Assembly (NCBI RefSeq): GCF_037126435.1 | Contig: NZ_CP147020.1 | Location: 1,651,293 to 1,715,292, forward strand | Origin: Bernardetia sp. ABR2-2B | GTDB taxonomy: Bacteria > Bacteroidota > Bacteroidia > Cytophagales > Bernardetiaceae | Length of the DNA: 64,000 nucleotides | Direction: 5' to 3' | The notes under the pieces: generated by a model | Seen by the model: only the letters and a program-made list of their open reading frames with translations | What the model was told of the DNA's origin: nothing | Databases searched by the model: none | Position numbers and translations under genes: made by a program | In this document: positions 19,491-30,414 of the stretch, piece after piece | How the letters are laid out: every line of letters begins with the position of its first letter | Position numbering within the stretch: position 1 is the stretch's first letter

Positions 19491-21170
19491 CTATGCTTTT
19501 TCAGTTCCTAGTTCTTGTTCTTTCAAGATACGTCTAAGAATTTTACCTACATTAGATTTTGGTAACTCTTCTTTAAAGACTACATGTTTTGGCACTTTAT
19601 AGCCTGTTAAGTGTTCTTTACAAAACGCTCTAACTTCTTCTTTTGTAAGGCTATCATCTTTCTTGACAATACAAGCCATAATTGCTTCATTAGATTTAGG
19701 GTCAGGGATTCCGATTACTCCTACTTCTAATACTTTATCATTGAGTGCAATTACGCCTTCAATTTCATTTGGATAAACATTGAAGCCTGAAACCAAAATC
19801 ATTTCTTTCTTTCTATCAACAATTTTGAAATAACCTTCTTCATCCATTATTCCAATATCACCTGTTTTGAAATAATCGCCTATCATTACATTGGCTGTTT
19901 CTTCTGGACGCTCCCAATAACCTTTCATAATTTGAGGTCCTTTTCCACAGATTTCTCCTGGTTGTCCGAGTTCTACATCATTTCCTGCATCATCCAAAAT
20001 ACGTACTTCTGTACTTGGTAGAGGTAATCCAATCCAACCAATACGTACATTTCCAGCTAGAGGATTTACAATAAGTCCTGGAGAAGTTTCAGTAAGTCCA
20101 TAGGCTTCTGCAATAGGTTTTCCTGTTACTTCTTTCCAACGATTATTTACAGCTTCTTGCACTGCCATTCCACCACCTAAAGCAACTTTGAGGTCAGAAA
20201 AATCTACATTCTTAAACTCTGGTTGATTCAAAAGACCATTAAAAAGTGTATTCACACCACTAATAATACCTATTTTGTGCTTTTTGAGTTCTTCTACAAA
20301 ACCTTCCATATCTCTAGGATTTGTAATCAAAACGTTACGCACTCCATAACGAAGCAAACCAAAACAGTTGAAGGTCAGTGCAAAAATATGATACAATGGA
20401 AGTGCCGTAACACCTATTTCTTTTCCTTCTTTAATATCACTTGCATTTATCCAAGCAACAAGCTGCTGCATGTTAGCTAAAATATTTCTGTGAGTAAGCA
20501 TTGCACCCTTCGAAACACCTGTTGTTCCTCCTGTATATTGTAAGAAAGCGACATCTCCAGAATCAAATTTTGGTTTACTATAATTGTGTTTTTTTCCTTC
20601 ATAGAGGGCATCTGTAAAAGAAATTGTATTTGGGATAGAATAAGAAGGTACCATTTTCTTCAAATATTTGACAGCCATATTCATTGCCCAGCCTTTCAAA
20701 CCTCCTACCATATCAGCCACTTCTGTAATAAATACATGTTCTATGCTTGTATGCTTAATGATTTTTTCAAGGTTAGCTGCAAAATTTGCTAAAATAAGAA
20801 TCCCTTTCGCACCCGAGTCTGTGAATTGATGTTCCATTTCACTCGGCGTATAAAGAGGATTTGTATTTACTACAACCAATCCTGCACGTAAAACACCAAA
20901 AATAGCAATTGGGTACTGAATCAAGTTTGGAGACTGAATTACAAAACGATCGCCTTTCTGTAATCCCTTTCTTTGCAGATAAGCTGCAAAAGCTGCACTT
21001 TTTTCATCTAATTCATTAAAAGTAAGTGTTGCTCCCATGTTTTCGTAAGCAACTTGATTGCCGTATTTTGCGATGCTTTCTTCGAATAAATCTAAGAGTG
21101 AAGGGTATTCATCAGGATTTATTTCTGCTGGAATGCCTTCTGGGTATGATTTGAGCCAAATTTTGTCCAT
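19491..21170 (-). CDS. fadD: long-chain fatty acid-CoA ligase (AMP-binding superfamily)
   Basis: AMP-binding motif LQYTGGTTGVSKGAMLTH, plus YGLTETSP, and the 559-aa length. Confidence 0.8.
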   Translation of the reverse strand: MDKIWLKSYPEGIPAEINPDEYPSLLDLFEESIAKYGNQVAYENMGATLTFNELDEKSAAFAAYLQRKGLQKGDRFVIQSPNLIQYPIAIFGVLRAGLVVVNTNPLYTPSEMEHQFTDSGAKGILILANFAANLEKIIKHTSIEHVFITEVADMVGGLKGWAMNMAVKYLKKMVPSYSIPNTISFTDALYEGKKHNYSKPKFDSGDVAFLQYTGGTTGVSKGAMLTHRNILANMQQLVAWINASDIKEGKEIGVTALPLYHIFALTFNCFGLLRYGVRNVLITNPRDMEGFVEELKKHKIGIISGVNTLFNGLLNQPEFKNVDFSDLKVALGGGMAVQEAVNNRWKEVTGKPIAEAYGLTETSPGLIVNPLAGNVRIGWIGLPLPSTEVRILDDAGNDVELGQPGEICGKGPQIMKGYWERPEETANVMIGDYFKTGDIGIMDEEGYFKIVDRKKEMILVSGFNVYPNEIEGVIALNDKVLEVGVIGIPDPKSNEAIMACIVKKDDSLTKEEVRAFCKEHLTGYKVPKHVVFKEELPKSNVGKILRRILKEQELGTEKA

Positions 21171-21320
21171 AATATATATTGAAGAGTAAGATTGTGAGTT
21201 AGATTTTTTACTATTTTTTATAGTACAAGATATTACTTTTATAAGTTATAATCAAACAAATAAAGAAGCAAAAGATAAATTTATTTTGAAATATGCTTTA
21301 AAATCCGAATTTTTTTTAGG

Positions 21321-21860
21321 CTAATGCAAATAAACACCACATTTTTTTACATTATCATTATCTTCATACAAAATTACTTCGATACGTTCTTGTAAAGTAG
21401 TTGATAATCGAAGTCCTGCAAAATCAGCTGCAATAGGAAAAGAATGATGCCCTCTATCTATCAAAACGGCTGTATGAAGTGCTTTAATCCTTACTTTCAA
21501 AAACGGACGAAGACTATACGCTAATGTTCTGCCTGTATTCAAAACATCGTCTATTAAAACTATAGATTGATTTTCGAAAACAGACGGTTCACAGTCTAAA
21601 ATTACCTCACTTTGGGTAGGTTGTAACTTATCCAGACGGACACAAATCTGTTTTATTTCTAAGGGCGAAATTTGTTGTAATTCTTCGGCAAGCTCTTTGG
21701 TCAGAATCATTCCCATTCCCTCAATTCCTGCCAAAATAAGCATCTTTTCTTCAAAATTTTCTTCATAAATTTCAAAGGCTAATCTACGTATTTTTTGCTT
21801 CGTTTGTTCTGCTGTCAGTATCTGTCCTGTTTCTTTATTTGGTTTTTGTTCAGGTTGCAA
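21321..21860 (-). CDS. pyrR: PyrR-like phosphoribosyltransferase (pyrimidine operon regulator / uracil phosphoribosyltransferase)
   Basis: PRPP-binding motif VLIDDVLNTGRTL and LIDRGHHSFPIAADFAG, in a ~180-aa protein. Confidence 0.65.
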   Translation of the reverse strand: MQPEQKPNKETGQILTAEQTKQKIRRLAFEIYEENFEEKMLILAGIEGMGMILTKELAEELQQISPLEIKQICVRLDKLQPTQSEVILDCEPSVFENQSIVLIDDVLNTGRTLAYSLRPFLKVRIKALHTAVLIDRGHHSFPIAADFAGLRLSTTLQERIEVILYEDNDNVKKCGVYLH

Positions 21861-21924
21861 AATGGGTTATTTTTTTATTGAAAAATAGTTTGATTGAATA
21901 GACTAAGATACCAATTTTTTTATT

Positions 21925-22179
21925 CTATTTTGGAAAATTAAACGATAACCAAATAATAAATACAATAAGGATAATCAAAAAAAGTAGTGAACCATAAAAA
22001 ACTCCCCAAAGAATATTTTTTGAAACGCTACCTATATTTTTAGAAAAATAAAAAACTCCAATTACTATGATTTTCAAACAAAGCAATGAAAGAATTAGCC
22101 ATAAATTATCTAAAAGTTTTAGAAAATAAACGATTAAAAAATCTATAACAAATGCCAAAACTAAAAAGCAATATTTCAT
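21925..22179 (-). CDS. small hydrophobic membrane protein (uncertain gene)
   Basis: 84-aa ORF that is almost entirely hydrophobic. No homology signal. Confidence 0.2.
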   Translation of the reverse strand: MKYCFLVLAFVIDFLIVYFLKLLDNLWLILSLLCLKIIVIGVFYFSKNIGSVSKNILWGVFYGSLLFLIILIVFIIWLSFNFPK

Positions 22180-22479
22180 TTCTTGATTCTTTAAATGGAA
22201 ATTACTGATTTACTAAAGGCTAAATGTAATAGAAAATAATTGCAAACTAGAATCATGAAAATTTTTAATAAAGTCAGTTTTCAAAGCACAAAACAACTTT
22301 ATTTGACATTTAAAATAGTTAAAATTAAATTATATAAAGTCAGTTTTTAAAAAACTAACTATTTGTTTTACATACTTTCATAGCTTTTTATCGTAAAGAA
22401 TAACAAAGCAACCTATTTACCTTTTTAGGTATCTCAATAATAAATTCCATTTCATTTTATCTCATAAAACTCTACTACC

Positions 22480-23289
22480 ATGAACTACTTCAAATTTAAC
22501 TCACAGCTTGTTTTATCTTTTTTATTTCTAGCTATTTTTTCATTTTCTCTTTCTTCTTGTGGCATCGTCAGACCAGGCGAAGTAGGCGTAAAACAACGTT
22601 TGGGAAAAATAAAAGGAGGTGTAAGACAACCTGGAATGTATTTTCATAATCCTTTTTTTACCAAGATTGTCAAAGTACCGACACGCACAATCAATATGTA
22701 CGCTTCCCTCAACTCACTACCTACAAAAGAAGGATTGAATATCAGCTGTGATTTGTCTGTTCTTTTTCATATTCAAGAAGCTTATGCTATAAAAATCGTC
22801 CAAACAGTTGGCGTTAGAAATGGAGAAGATGTTATCCGAAGTGTTTTGCGCTCTTCGGTAGCAGATGTAACAGCTCAATTTTTTGCAAAAGATTTATATA
22901 CTTCCGAACGCCACGAAATAGAACTTGCCATTGCTAAAAAAATGATGGAGCGTTTGGGAGATAGAGGTTTTGTGATTGAATCTGTACTTTTGAAAAGCAT
23001 TAACCTTCCTCCCAATCTTTCAAGAACAATAGAAGAAAAGCTACAAGCCGAACAAAGAGCGCAAACAATGCAATTTGTATTAGAACGTGAAAGACAAGAA
23101 GCTGAAAGAATGAAAATTGAGGCTGAGGCTATCCGTGATGCTCAAAAAATTATTAATGAATCACTCAACGAAATTACACTAAAATATTTGAGTATAGAAG
23201 CCTTTAAAGAGCTTTCAAAATCGAATAATTCAAAAGTAATTATCACAAATGGAAAAACTCCGTTCTTGATAGATGAAGACGGAAAATAA
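22480..23289 (+). CDS. SPFH/band-7 (prohibitin/stomatin-like) lipoprotein
   Basis: Lipoprotein signal ...SLSSC. SPFH core (RPGEVGVKQRLGKIKGG ... coiled-coil EQRAQTMQFVLERERQEAERMKIEAE). Confidence 0.75.
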   Translation: MNYFKFNSQLVLSFLFLAIFSFSLSSCGIVRPGEVGVKQRLGKIKGGVRQPGMYFHNPFFTKIVKVPTRTINMYASLNSLPTKEGLNISCDLSVLFHIQEAYAIKIVQTVGVRNGEDVIRSVLRSSVADVTAQFFAKDLYTSERHEIELAIAKKMMERLGDRGFVIESVLLKSINLPPNLSRTIEEKLQAEQRAQTMQFVLERERQEAERMKIEAEAIRDAQKIINESLNEITLKYLSIEAFKELSKSNNSKVIITNGKTPFLIDEDGK

Positions 23290-23326
23290 AATAGTATTTA
23301 TTTTGACCCTCAACTTTGAAACAACA

Positions 23327-23362
23327 AAAAAAGCAACTCTCTTCCGAAAGTTGCTTTTTTTT
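23327..23362 (+). terminator. rho-independent terminator after the SPFH gene
   Basis: aagcaact-ctcttccgaa-agttgcttttttttg. Confidence 0.55.
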
Positions 23363-23459
23363 GTTTCTATAAAGATATAGAAAACTAAATATATTGATTC
23401 AATTAAAAATAGAGCGAGTAAAAACTTAAACTATTGGTAACTAACTCAATAGCCTTGGT

Positions 23460-23747
23460 TTAGTAGCTGCGTGAACGACCACCACCAAAGTTTCCACCAC
23501 CTCTATTTTCTCTAGGAATGGCTTTTTTTACTTGGATTTCACGTTCGTGAAGTTCAGCACCGTTCAATTCTTCGATAGCTGCTTCGCCATCTTCTTCTGA
23601 TTCCATTTCAACGAAACCAAAACCTCTTGAACGACGTGTTTCACGGTCTGTGATAATTTTTGTTGATGTAACAACACCAAGCTCTGAGAACAATGCCTCT
23701 AATTCTTCTTCTGAGATAGAATAAGGCAAGTTTGATACGTAAAGATT
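23460..23747 (-). CDS. RRM-type glycine-rich RNA-binding protein
   Basis: RNP2 (LYVSNL) and RNP1 (RGFGFVEM) motifs with an RGG/GGG tail. The start is taken at MNLYVSNL. Confidence 0.8.
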   Translation of the reverse strand, partial: NLYVSNLPYSISEEELEALFSELGVVTSTKIITDRETRRSRGFGFVEMESEEDGEAAIEELNGAELHEREIQVKKAIPRENRGGGNFGGGRSRSY

Positions 23748-23861
23748 CATATAACTAATTAACTGAGAATAAATTGAAGGCTCTAAGTTGTGCCTTCGAA
23801 ACAAAGGTACGATAATTTATTAGAAAACTACAATTTCTACTAAAAAATTGACAATTATTTT

Positions 23862-26800
23862 TTACTCCTCCAACAAAGACAAATACGCCTTATTTTTATC
23901 ATTTAGAATCTTGAAATAAGTTGGAGAAGTCAAGTGTTTTATTTGTTCTTTTGTCAGTCCATAGAGTTCTGCTATGAGCAAATCATTTTTGGCTTGTAAC
24001 TTATCTTTTTGTTTTTGAGTAGTCGGAATATCTGATTTTTGTATTTTGAAAGATACTTTTTCTTTTAGTTCATCTAAGTTTGTATTATTGGCAAGATTAA
24101 GTAAAAGTGCATTTTTGATAAGCTGTTGATAGACTTTGTTTTCTGAAAGCTCGGCATCACTTGGCTGTGGAATGGGTAGGCGCATCAAATACGTTTTATT
24201 TACATGAATATCAATCAGAAAACGAATAATATAATCTACCACCAAACTATTCAAAATAGCTTGAATAAACAGTAATTTTTCAAAAGAAAATTCTTCTACT
24301 TCTATTTTTCCATTTTTGAAAGTATATCTTTTTGGGATAGAACCTTGTAACGTATTTCCATATGTATTTTGAGGTGGGATTATTCCACAAATAATACTTC
24401 TATAATCCGTATTTCTAGCAATATCTCTAAAAACTAAACGATAATAATTGCTATTCAACACTACAAATTGTTCTAATTCTTCTTCTTCATTCAACCCCAA
24501 AAATCCTAAAACAGTATTTTTCTTAGTAGAAAGTCTTTTTTCTAAAGGAATGTATTTATAAATATCGTTTACTAACCTGCCTACTTCTGTTTTTCTCAAT
24601 TTTTCCTCAAATTCTTTTTTCTTTATCCAATAATTCGGTGTTGCTAGGTTATTGCTATATTGATGAATCATTTTTCCTTCGTACAGAATCATTCCTTCCT
24701 CTGCTTTGAGTTGCTGTTCTTGAAACAAATCCCTATCACTTGTCATATTGAGTTCATTTCTAAAATCAATATAATCTGGATGGATGATTTCAAAACGTTT
24801 ATAAGCATTTCGAATTATATCCAAATCCTTTTGGTCTTTGATTTCGAAAAGAGCGTGATGCAATGGCGAAAGTGTATAAATATCTTCGTAAGGATATTCT
24901 AAAATTCCTTTTCTTCCGTCATAGGTTTCTGTTTTATAGAGAATTTCTGTATCGGTTTGCATAAAACGAACAGGTAACGTTTTTTTCTTTCCCGTTTTAT
25001 TATCAATACTTTTATCTAATTGAGTAATCTGAAATACAGCAAATTTGTAGCTGCGATGAACATCAGGAAAAATTCCTTTTCTATTTTCAAATTGATAAAA
25101 AAATTCTAATTGATAGCTTTCAAAAATATGTTTTCTGATATTGATAGAAGAATCTTCATAAATCCAAGCTGAAGGAGTAATATAAGTAAGCGTTCCGTCT
25201 TTTGTCAGCAACCCTAGATTTTGTTCAATGAAAAAACGAAATAAGTTACCTTTTCCTCCTGCATTATGTGGATAGTAATTTTTGCAATATTCATTGCTAT
25301 TCGTTCGAAATGCTTTTTTGTTATCATATTCATTTTGAACACCTTTATACTCCAAAACATTTTGGCGAGTAACTGCTTTTTCTTTGCTTTTCATTGTTCG
25401 ATAAGCACTTCTCCAACCAGAAAAGAAATCAGGTTCACTAAATTCCATTACATCCCAAGGTGGATTTCCAATAATCAAATCAAAACCTCTGTGTCCGTTT
25501 TGGAATACTTCGGCAAAGCTAATTTCATAATTAAAAAAACTAAACTGCTCGGCTGTTTTTTCGATGCGTTCTACTAAAGCAGCATCTTTTTTATTGAATA
25601 TTTTTTCTTCAAAATCTGTCAAAGTAGCATTCAGCAAATCTAATTCTTTTTGTGCTTCTGTTTTGTTTTCAAAAATAAAAGGAACAAAACGCTTGTAGGT
25701 ATAAAAATTCATTGCCAAATCAAGTTGATTCAATGAAGGTTCTAATTTTTTATAGATTTCTTTTGACTGTTTTATCTCTTCTGCTGTTGTATCCTTTAAG
25801 TTAGAAAGCTCTGATAAATCTTCAATAATTTTGGCTACTTTATTCTTAAAAGAATCAGCAAATAAATTATTATCGGTCTGCAAACTTTTATATAATTCCT
25901 CTTTTCTTGCACCAATAAGGGCATTTCCTTGTTTAATGTGATGTTCAATAAAACTAAGAGGCGTACCAAAAACGAACGTATCCAACCAAAGAGAAAGGCG
26001 AGTGAGTTCGATAGCAAATTCATTCAAATCTACTCCAAAAATATTTTTTTTGAGAAGGATTCTTTTAAGTAATGTCAGTTCATCTATTTCATAAGTTTTG
26101 CCTTGCAAAATTTCTTTTAGATTTTGCAAAATGATTTCTTTTTCTGTTTTTAGAGTCTGTTCTAATTTTTTATCACTTCCATTTTCTATTCGTTTTAGGG
26201 CTTCACTTGTTAAGACATCTAATGTAGAAATTAAAAAATGCCCACTTCCACAAGCATTATCCATCAAACGCAAATCTAAAATACTTTTGCCTTTTTCGTC
26301 GCTTTCTTTTAGTAGTTTTTGGATAGATTCTTCTGCCATAAAATGCGTAATATCTTGTGGCGTATAATAGGAAGCTGTCGTTTTTCGGTTTCCAGACTGA
26401 TTGGAAAGATAGAGTTCGTCATTTTTATAAAAACGTTCCTCTAAAATTATTTTTTTCTTATCCTTTTTGATATTCTGATAGTCATAATTATCAAAATAGC
26501 CTTCTTTTTCTGTTTTTCCGTCCAAAAAAACAAGATAATATGTTCCTTCAAAAGCCTGTCTAAATTCGGATTCTAAAAGTCCTTCATAAATATTTCCTAA
26601 ATGAGTAACCGAAAGGGTTTTATAATCTCTAAATGTTTTGAAATCATCGTTATCTGTTTTGTGATATAAAAGCAAACTCAAAATTTCTGTCAAATCTTGA
26701 TTATTCAGCACTAAAGGAAGTTTTAATAAGGGGGCTTTACTTTCTGCAAACAGACCACCATTTAGGAGTGGCAATTCTAAATCAATATTTCCATAATTGA

Positions 26801-27815
26801 GATAATCAAAAAGTAATTTTAAAGCATTCCAACCGTGGTATTTAGTAGGTCTTTCTTTATATTCTTCATCTTCTAAAAGTGCTAAAATAGAGCGAAAAGA
26901 GTAGTTTTTGTAATTGTTTTCTTTATTGAAAAGAATTGAACCAAATTTACTTTCAAAATAAGCTATAAAAAGCATTCTATACCCAAAAACTAGAGAGTTA
27001 GCATAAATTTCTTTGATAGAATATTCATTGCCATAACGAGCAAAAAATCGCTGTCCGATAGTTTCGATGATAGAATCTTTACCATAGATAAGCTCTTTGA
27101 GGTCTTTTTCTACTTCCAAGATGTATTCTTGATTCAGCTCTGCAAATGTTTTTTCTTTTATAGAAATACCTCTTTTTTTGTTGTAAAGTTTGAGTAATTG
27201 TTCTTTATAAAAATTATAATAAAAATACTGAAAGGCTCTATAATCGTCATTTTGAATAATCCATTCTAAGTCAATTTCGAAATAAATTTTGTCTTGTTTT
27301 GGATTTGTAATATCATAAAAACGCCATTTTTTACCATTTGTCAGAAAACCATAATCGATTCTCAAATCAGATTGATAACGTAAAAGCTGAAAGTGTGGAT
27401 TTTGAGTTGTTGTTTCTCTGTTATCCAAAATGACTGTATAGGCTTTCGATTCACATAAAGCCAAAATATTTTCTGTACTAGATTTGTCTTTTCCTCCACT
27501 TATTCGTTCTATTTCTTCACTTTCAAAAAGGGCAAAATCGGGTTTGTGTATCTTTCCAAATACTTTTTTTGTGATTTGATACGTATAACCATAGCCAATT
27601 TCTATCAAAACATTTGTGATAAATTTATCTTCTAATTGCGCTTCTGAAAGAGCTACAATATCTAATTTATTATAAAGAGTTTTGATATTCTCAAAAGCTT
27701 TTTGGCAATCTTCTTTGTGGTCTTTATCAAAAAAGTCTTGCATTTTGTATTCCAAAAAATAAGCATTGAAATAGGTATTGTCCGTAAATTGTGCGAAATA
27801 TTCTGTATTATTCAT
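23862..27815 (-). CDS. Type IIG/IIL restriction-modification fusion enzyme, MmeI family (N-terminal PD-ExK nuclease, gamma-class N6-adenine methyltransferase, C-terminal target-recognition region)
   Basis: N-terminal PD...ESK motif (KPDFALF ... ALCESKAY). GxYYTP motif (ASYYTPQD). Motif I MDNACGSGHFL. Motif IV IIGNPPW. No helicase motifs. No separate methyltransferase gene is adjacent. Confidence 0.8.
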   Translation of the reverse strand: MNNTEYFAQFTDNTYFNAYFLEYKMQDFFDKDHKEDCQKAFENIKTLYNKLDIVALSEAQLEDKFITNVLIEIGYGYTYQITKKVFGKIHKPDFALFESEEIERISGGKDKSSTENILALCESKAYTVILDNRETTTQNPHFQLLRYQSDLRIDYGFLTNGKKWRFYDITNPKQDKIYFEIDLEWIIQNDDYRAFQYFYYNFYKEQLLKLYNKKRGISIKEKTFAELNQEYILEVEKDLKELIYGKDSIIETIGQRFFARYGNEYSIKEIYANSLVFGYRMLFIAYFESKFGSILFNKENNYKNYSFRSILALLEDEEYKERPTKYHGWNALKLLFDYLNYGNIDLELPLLNGGLFAESKAPLLKLPLVLNNQDLTEILSLLLYHKTDNDDFKTFRDYKTLSVTHLGNIYEGLLESEFRQAFEGTYYLVFLDGKTEKEGYFDNYDYQNIKKDKKKIILEERFYKNDELYLSNQSGNRKTTASYYTPQDITHFMAEESIQKLLKESDEKGKSILDLRLMDNACGSGHFLISTLDVLTSEALKRIENGSDKKLEQTLKTEKEIILQNLKEILQGKTYEIDELTLLKRILLKKNIFGVDLNEFAIELTRLSLWLDTFVFGTPLSFIEHHIKQGNALIGARKEELYKSLQTDNNLFADSFKNKVAKIIEDLSELSNLKDTTAEEIKQSKEIYKKLEPSLNQLDLAMNFYTYKRFVPFIFENKTEAQKELDLLNATLTDFEEKIFNKKDAALVERIEKTAEQFSFFNYEISFAEVFQNGHRGFDLIIGNPPWDVMEFSEPDFFSGWRSAYRTMKSKEKAVTRQNVLEYKGVQNEYDNKKAFRTNSNEYCKNYYPHNAGGKGNLFRFFIEQNLGLLTKDGTLTYITPSAWIYEDSSINIRKHIFESYQLEFFYQFENRKGIFPDVHRSYKFAVFQITQLDKSIDNKTGKKKTLPVRFMQTDTEILYKTETYDGRKGILEYPYEDIYTLSPLHHALFEIKDQKDLDIIRNAYKRFEIIHPDYIDFRNELNMTSDRDLFQEQQLKAEEGMILYEGKMIHQYSNNLATPNYWIKKKEFEEKLRKTEVGRLVNDIYKYIPLEKRLSTKKNTVLGFLGLNEEEELEQFVVLNSNYYRLVFRDIARNTDYRSIICGIIPPQNTYGNTLQGSIPKRYTFKNGKIEVEEFSFEKLLFIQAILNSLVVDYIIRFLIDIHVNKTYLMRLPIPQPSDAELSENKVYQQLIKNALLLNLANNTNLDELKEKVSFKIQKSDIPTTQKQKDKLQAKNDLLIAELYGLTKEQIKHLTSPTYFKILNDKNKAYLSLLEE

Positions 27816-28168
27816 TTTGTTTTGCTCTCAAAGACTTTTTATAGAAATATAGATTCAAAGATAGTAATTTTGAGTGTTTTATGATTGAATTTTGTTAAGT
27901 GTTGATAAGAAACTCAAATCCTAAATTTTGACAGTAGGTAAATATAAATAATACGACAAAATGTCAGTTTTCTCTACTTCTAAAATGCCATAAAAAGACA
28001 AAATTTACACTCAAAAAATCATTTTTGGTATTGGCATATTGTATGTAAAGACTACAACGAAAGTGTCATATACAAAATCGCACAAACTCAAAATAGAGTT
28101 ATTAAAAGGATAAGTATGATGACATAAAAATTTATGTATTCATTCACTATTAAAATAATTAGACAACT

Positions 28169-28447
28169 ATGGCTGATATAAATATTCGTCCTTTAGCAGA
28201 CCGTGTATTAGTTGCACCAGATGCAGCAGAAGAAAAAACGGCAAGTGGAATTATCATCCCTGATTCAGCAAAAGAAAAGCCACAACGTGGAAAAGTAATC
28301 GCAGTAGGAAATGGCAAAAAAGACGAACCAATTACTGTAAAAGTAGGCGATAACGTCCTTTATGGTAAGTATTCAGGTACAGAAATCAATGTAGAAGGAG
28401 AAGATTACCTAATCATGCGTGAATCTGACATTTATGCAGTTGTGTAA
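28169..28447 (+). CDS. groES: co-chaperonin GroES
   Basis: 92-aa protein whose sequence ([10 protein letters not shown]...GKYSGTE...) is canonical GroES. Confidence 0.95.
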   Translation: MADINIRPLADRVLVAPDAAEEKTASGIIIPDSAKEKPQRGKVIAVGNGKKDEPITVKVGDNVLYGKYSGTEINVEGEDYLIMRESDIYAVV

Positions 28448-28638
28448 AGTCAATTGCGAATTACGAATTAAAAATTACGATTAAAGATAGTTTATAGAAG
28501 AAACTTGGTAATCTAGTTTTCGTATTTCAAATTGATGTAAAGATTAGTTTTTATAGATTTATTTTTTGACTCTCAAATCTATGAAATCATTTTTTAAAAT
28601 ATATTCTACAATAACATTTTAATAGAAAATAAAAAATT

Positions 28639-30288
28639 ATGTCTAAGATAATATCATTCGATACAGTTGCTCGTGAACAATTAAAAAAAGGTGTTGATGC
28701 ACTTGCAAACGCAGTAAAAACTACTTTAGGACCTAAAGGTCGTAATGTAGTTATTGACAAAAAATTTGGTGCACCTTCAGTTACTAAAGATGGTGTAACA
28801 GTAGCAAAAGAAATTGACTTAAAAGACCCTATTGAAAACATGGGCGCACAGCTTGTAAAAGAAGTAGCTTCAAAAACGGCTGATATGGCTGGTGATGGTA
28901 CTACTACTGCAACTGTTTTGGCTCAAGCTATTTTTAATGCAGGTATCAAAAATGTTGCTGCTGGTGCAAATCCAATGGATTTGAAACGTGGTATGGATAA
29001 AGCAGTTATTAAAGTAGTAGAGAACTTGAAAGGACAATCTAGCCCAATCAAATCATCTGAAGAAGTAGCACAAGTAGGTGCAATTTCTGCGAACAACGAC
29101 ATGGAAATTGGTAAAATGATTTCTGATGCAATGGATAAAGTAGGAAAAGACGGTGTAATTACGGTAGAAGAAGCTCGTGGTACTGAAACAGAAGTAAAAA
29201 CTGTTGAAGGTATGCAGTTTGACCGTGGTTATTTGTCTCCCTATTTTGTTACGAATACAGAAACAATGGAAGTAGAGTTAGAAGATGCTTATATCTTAAT
29301 CTACGACAAAAAAATCTCTTCTATGAAAGAACTTCTTCCTGTTTTGGAGCAAGTTGCACAAAGTGGTAAACCTTTGGTTATCATTTCAGAAGATGTAGAT
29401 GGCGAGGCATTGGCTACTTTGGTAGTAAACAAAATTCGTGGCGCATTGCGTATTGCTGCTGTTAAAGCTCCAGGATTTGGCGACCGTCGTAAGGCAATGT
29501 TGGAAGACATCGCTACACTTACAGGTGGTACACTTATCAGCGAAGAGCGTGGCTACAAATTAGAAAGCGCAGAAGTTTCTTACTTAGGACGTGCTGAAAA
29601 AATCACTATTGACAAAGACAATACTACTATCATCAATGGTGCTGGAGAAAGCGATAATATCAAGCGTCGTATCAATGAAATCAAATCTCAAATTGAGAAA
29701 ACAACTTCTGATTATGACCGTGAAAAATTGCAAGAGCGTTTGGCTAAATTAGCTGGTGGTGTTGCTATTCTTTATATTGGTGCAGCTACGGAAGTAGAAA
29801 TGAAAGAAAAGAAAGACAGAGTAGATGATGCTCTTCACGCAACTCGTGCAGCCGTACAAGAAGGCGTAGTACCAGGTGGTGGTGTTGCATTTATCCGTTC
29901 TTTAGAATCTTTGAATGACTTTGTTGTTGGACAAAATGGCATCGAAAACCAAGACCAAGAAACAGGTGTAAATATTATCCGTCAAGCTCTTGAAGCTCCT
30001 CTTCGTACTATCGTTTCGAATGCAGGTCTTGAAGGCTCTGTGATTATTCAGAAAGTAAAAGAAGGAAAAGCTGATTATGGTTACAATGCTCGTGAAGACA
30101 AGTATGAAAACTTAGTAGCTGCTGGTGTTCTTGACCCAACTAAAGTTTCTCGTTTGGCTCTTGAAAATGCTGCTTCTATTGCTTCTCTTCTCCTTACTAC
30201 TGAATGCGTAATTGCAGATGACCCAGAAGAAAAAGAAGCTATGCCTTCTGCTCCTGCTGGAATGGGTGGTATGGGTGGTATGATGTAA
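28639..30288 (+). CDS. groEL: chaperonin GroEL
   Basis: AKEIDLKDP..., [11 protein letters not shown], and the C-terminal [10 protein letters not shown] tail, in a 549-aa protein. Confidence 0.97.
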   Translation: MSKIISFDTVAREQLKKGVDALANAVKTTLGPKGRNVVIDKKFGAPSVTKDGVTVAKEIDLKDPIENMGAQLVKEVASKTADMAGDGTTTATVLAQAIFNAGIKNVAAGANPMDLKRGMDKAVIKVVENLKGQSSPIKSSEEVAQVGAISANNDMEIGKMISDAMDKVGKDGVITVEEARGTETEVKTVEGMQFDRGYLSPYFVTNTETMEVELEDAYILIYDKKISSMKELLPVLEQVAQSGKPLVIISEDVDGEALATLVVNKIRGALRIAAVKAPGFGDRRKAMLEDIATLTGGTLISEERGYKLESAEVSYLGRAEKITIDKDNTTIINGAGESDNIKRRINEIKSQIEKTTSDYDREKLQERLAKLAGGVAILYIGAATEVEMKEKKDRVDDALHATRAAVQEGVVPGGGVAFIRSLESLNDFVVGQNGIENQDQETGVNIIRQALEAPLRTIVSNAGLEGSVIIQKVKEGKADYGYNAREDKYENLVAAGVLDPTKVSRLALENAASIASLLLTTECVIADDPEEKEAMPSAPAGMGGMGGMM

Positions 30289-30370
30289 GAATCACTCTCT
30301 CAGTTTTTTCAAAAAACTTGCAGCCTATTTTTAGCATTCCTTTATGGAAATGTAGGCTACAAAACTTCAA

Positions 30371-30407
30371 AACCGTTTCTTTGAAAAAGGAAACGGTTAT
30401 TTTTTTG
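30371..30407 (+). terminator. rho-independent terminator after groEL
   Basis: aaccgtttc-tttgaaaaag-gaaacggtt followed by attttttt. Confidence 0.6.
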
Positions 30408-30414
30408 TGATTAT

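Noticed and set aside
23748-23804. 19-codon N-terminal extension of the RRM protein as called by the ORF tool
   Set aside because: RRM proteins of this type begin at the RNP2 motif (MNLYVSNL). The upstream extension has no counterpart, so the internal Met is the likelier start.
24660-27884. Several 60-100-aa ORFs (24660-24902, 25266-25577, 25835-26023, 26098-26367, 27702-27884) inside the Type IIG gene
   Set aside because: All are nested in, or antisense to, the 1317-aa ORF whose motif order is coherent. None has motif support.
27816-28168. Looked for a CIRCE heat-shock operator (TTAGCACTC-N9-GAGTGCTAA) upstream of groES
   Set aside because: No inverted repeat of that type is present in the 353-bp leader. 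This fits Bacteroidetes, which generally do not use HrcA/CIRCE.
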